NCBI RefSeq assembly: GCF_009914755.1
Contig: NC_060928.1
Direction: 5' to 3' (one strand)
DNA: 64,000 nt
Origin: the human T2T-CHM13v2.0 reference genome, Homo sapiens
Part shown: positions 60,975 through 64,000 of the stretch, in pieces
Layout of the letters: every line of letters begins with the position of its first letter
How positions within the stretch are numbered: position 1 is the first letter of the stretch
The notes under the pieces: model-generated
The model's database searches: none
Seen by the model: only the letters and a program-made list of their open reading frames with translations
Told to the model about the DNA's origin: nothing
Program-made: the position numbers and the translations under genes

Positions 60975-61929
60975 GTGAGTAAAATATGCAAATATGATGT
61001 ACTCAAGCAAATTTTTTGCCTTTTCACTATTAAAATGTAAAAATGATTTTAAAAATATATATGATTAGATTGGTAGATTTAAATAAATGAACACTGAGGA
61101 GATCCATCTTGGGTAAAATGAATCATAAAAGTGAATTACTTGAGAACAGATTAAGTCAATCATGGTTATCATAGGTTGAGTCTCATGAAATTCCTTCAAG
61201 GTCACTCGGAACTCCTTGAAATGCTTTATCTTTCCCCTATTAGCAGATGACTGTGACATGTGGACTATTCTAATTTTAGTCTCAGAGGGCCTAATAGGCT
61301 GTTCTGGGATATGTTTTATAAAAAATGATCATATTATAGCTCTTAATGAATTTCAGTAAAAACTACTAGTTACCTCATCCCTGGGGCAATCTACAGCACT
61401 AACAACAAAACCCATTCTGGCACCAGAAAGAAAAAATTGCTTGTATATTTTCTGAAATATGTATAGTTAATCGTTAGAGCATGGAGACAGTTGTGCCAGA
61501 GATGTGGATCTAATGCTCATAAAGAGCAGTTTTTTCCATGAAGAGGAAGTTACTTTCTTTAATCGCAAACTAAACACCTAATGACTGTAACCACAAAATC
61601 TATTTGACAGGAGAAGAGCTAATTAAAGTAAGCCAGTAACTTTTTGTTTTTACTAGAGGCCTGTCTGTACTGTTGTATATTACTTTATCATTACCTTTTA
61701 TCTGTTCTGTGTAACTACAACACCTGGAGAGGGTTAAGAACAATGGGGTTCAATCTCTCCCCTCCCGTGTCCCACCCCCACACACACCCCAAAATATTAT
61801 GTTTAGAAACGTATCACATTTTATAGAGAAAAATATTTTTAAATATTTACTTCCCAGAGCTATATGCTTTTGAAGTATGTATTCATGTAAAGTTTATATG
61901 ATCATCTGTTATCATGAACTCTTGTAAAA

Positions 61930-62135
61930 CAATTTTTTTAAATTTTTAATTATTATGGATGCATAATAGTTTATGGGGTATATGTGATATTTTCACACAA
62001 GCATACAATGAGTATTGATGAAATCAGGGTAATTGGGGTATCCATCACCTCAAGCATTTATCTTTTTTTGTGTGTTAGGAACATTTCAATTCCGCTCTAT
62101 TAGTTATTTCAAAATATGCAACAAATTATTGTGAC
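61930..62135 (-). mobile_element. L1MA 3'-end fragment
   Basis: aaatcagggtaattggggtatccatcacctcaagcatttatc motif. Confidence 0.8.
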
Positions 62136-62192
62136 ACATACAAAACAAAATATGTCAAATTTTTTTAAATTCTATTTTCTTTTTAAAACCAG

Positions 62193-62348
62193 TCTGAAGC
62201 TCAAGAACTAACAACAGTCAAGATGTCTAAATTTGGTGGTGGTATTGGTGTACCTACTAAAGAGGAAAGACTGAAGGAAGCTGCTGAAATCCACTTGAGA
62301 TTAGGACAAATTCAGAGATACTGTGAACTTATGGTTGAACTTGGAGAG
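62193..62348 (+). CDS. WDR17: WDR17 coding exon 17 (SEAQELTT...VELGE); gene continues beyond the window
   Basis: aaccag| and GAG|GTAATG; 156 nt, phase 0-0. Confidence 0.97.
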
Positions 62349-62438
62349 GTAATGTGCTATGAAAGTAAAACTAATGAGTTTAACATAGTAGTCTAAACGT
62401 TAAGAATATACTCAATTTTAAGTATTAAAAATAAAAAG

Positions 62439-63352
<914 letters not shown>

Positions 63353-63406
63353 TTACAGATCTAATTGATTCTCTACCAATATGATATTAAGTGTAGATGT
63401 TAGGAG

Positions 63407-63577
63407 AGTAGTTATCAAAGTGTTCCAGGACAGCAGCATTGGCATCACTGGGATCCCTATGCATGTCTCACCTCAGACCTACAGAATCAGAAACTGCGGG
63501 GTTGGAGCCCAGCCATCTTGTGTTTTCATAAGCCCTCCATGTTATTCTCTTGCATGCTGAAGTTTGAGAACTACCGC
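63407..63577. mobile_element. MER5A hAT MITE
   Basis: cagcagcattggcatcac...agaatcagaaactg...agtttgagaac. Confidence 0.8.
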
Positions 63578-64000
63578 CCTAGGCTGGAATCTTAACTTCT
63601 TACAAACAAACAAAAAACGATGTTGGCTAATTTGTTCACAGTAGAATCCGCTTGCTAATACTACTTGTCATAACTAAATCCCACACTGGCCAGAAGAAGG
63701 GTTTCTGCTGAATATCATCTGATAAAGGATGATGATTGTTTAATGGAGGGCTAAATCAACAAAACTGATCTTTACAAAAAGGTTAGGATGAATTTATGCT
63801 TTTGCTACCCTTTAGTAGATGGGTAGTGACTGCAATGGAACACGGGAGAATGGGGCTTCTGTTTCTTGATCCTGAGTGTTGATTACATGGGCATACTCAG
63901 TTTGTGTAAACTTATTGGACCTTTCCCTTTTCTGTATATGCATTTTAGTTCAGTGAAAATTCTTCCTTTCCCTGCCTCACCAAAACAACCGTTAGAATGG

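Overview
Primate (very likely human) genomic DNA, AT-rich, covering the 5' two-thirds of the coding region of WDR17 (WD40-repeat protein) on the + strand. I traced 17 coding exons from 6948 to 62348. All introns are GT-AG, the phases are consistent, and the exons join into 844 uninterrupted codons; the gene continues past the window, and no promoter or CpG island is present. Introns hold typical mammalian repeats: a nested L1 complex at ~9.5-19.2 kb, Alus, MaLR/ERV solo LTRs, L2 and MER DNA elements. I found no evidence of a new multi-gene system. The most notable non-standard signals are: a sense-strand intronic SNORA51 retrocopy; a local inverted duplication of an Alu/L1 junction that replaced part of an L1 3'UTR; a 34-bp templated copy of the local MER21 LTR next to an exon; serial template-switch palindromes; and several latent splice architectures (a UG-rich poison-exon candidate, in-frame microexon candidates, a recursive-splice site, circRNA-prone Alu pairs). 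Repeat subfamily names come from recalled consensus sequences and should be confirmed with RepeatMasker/Dfam.
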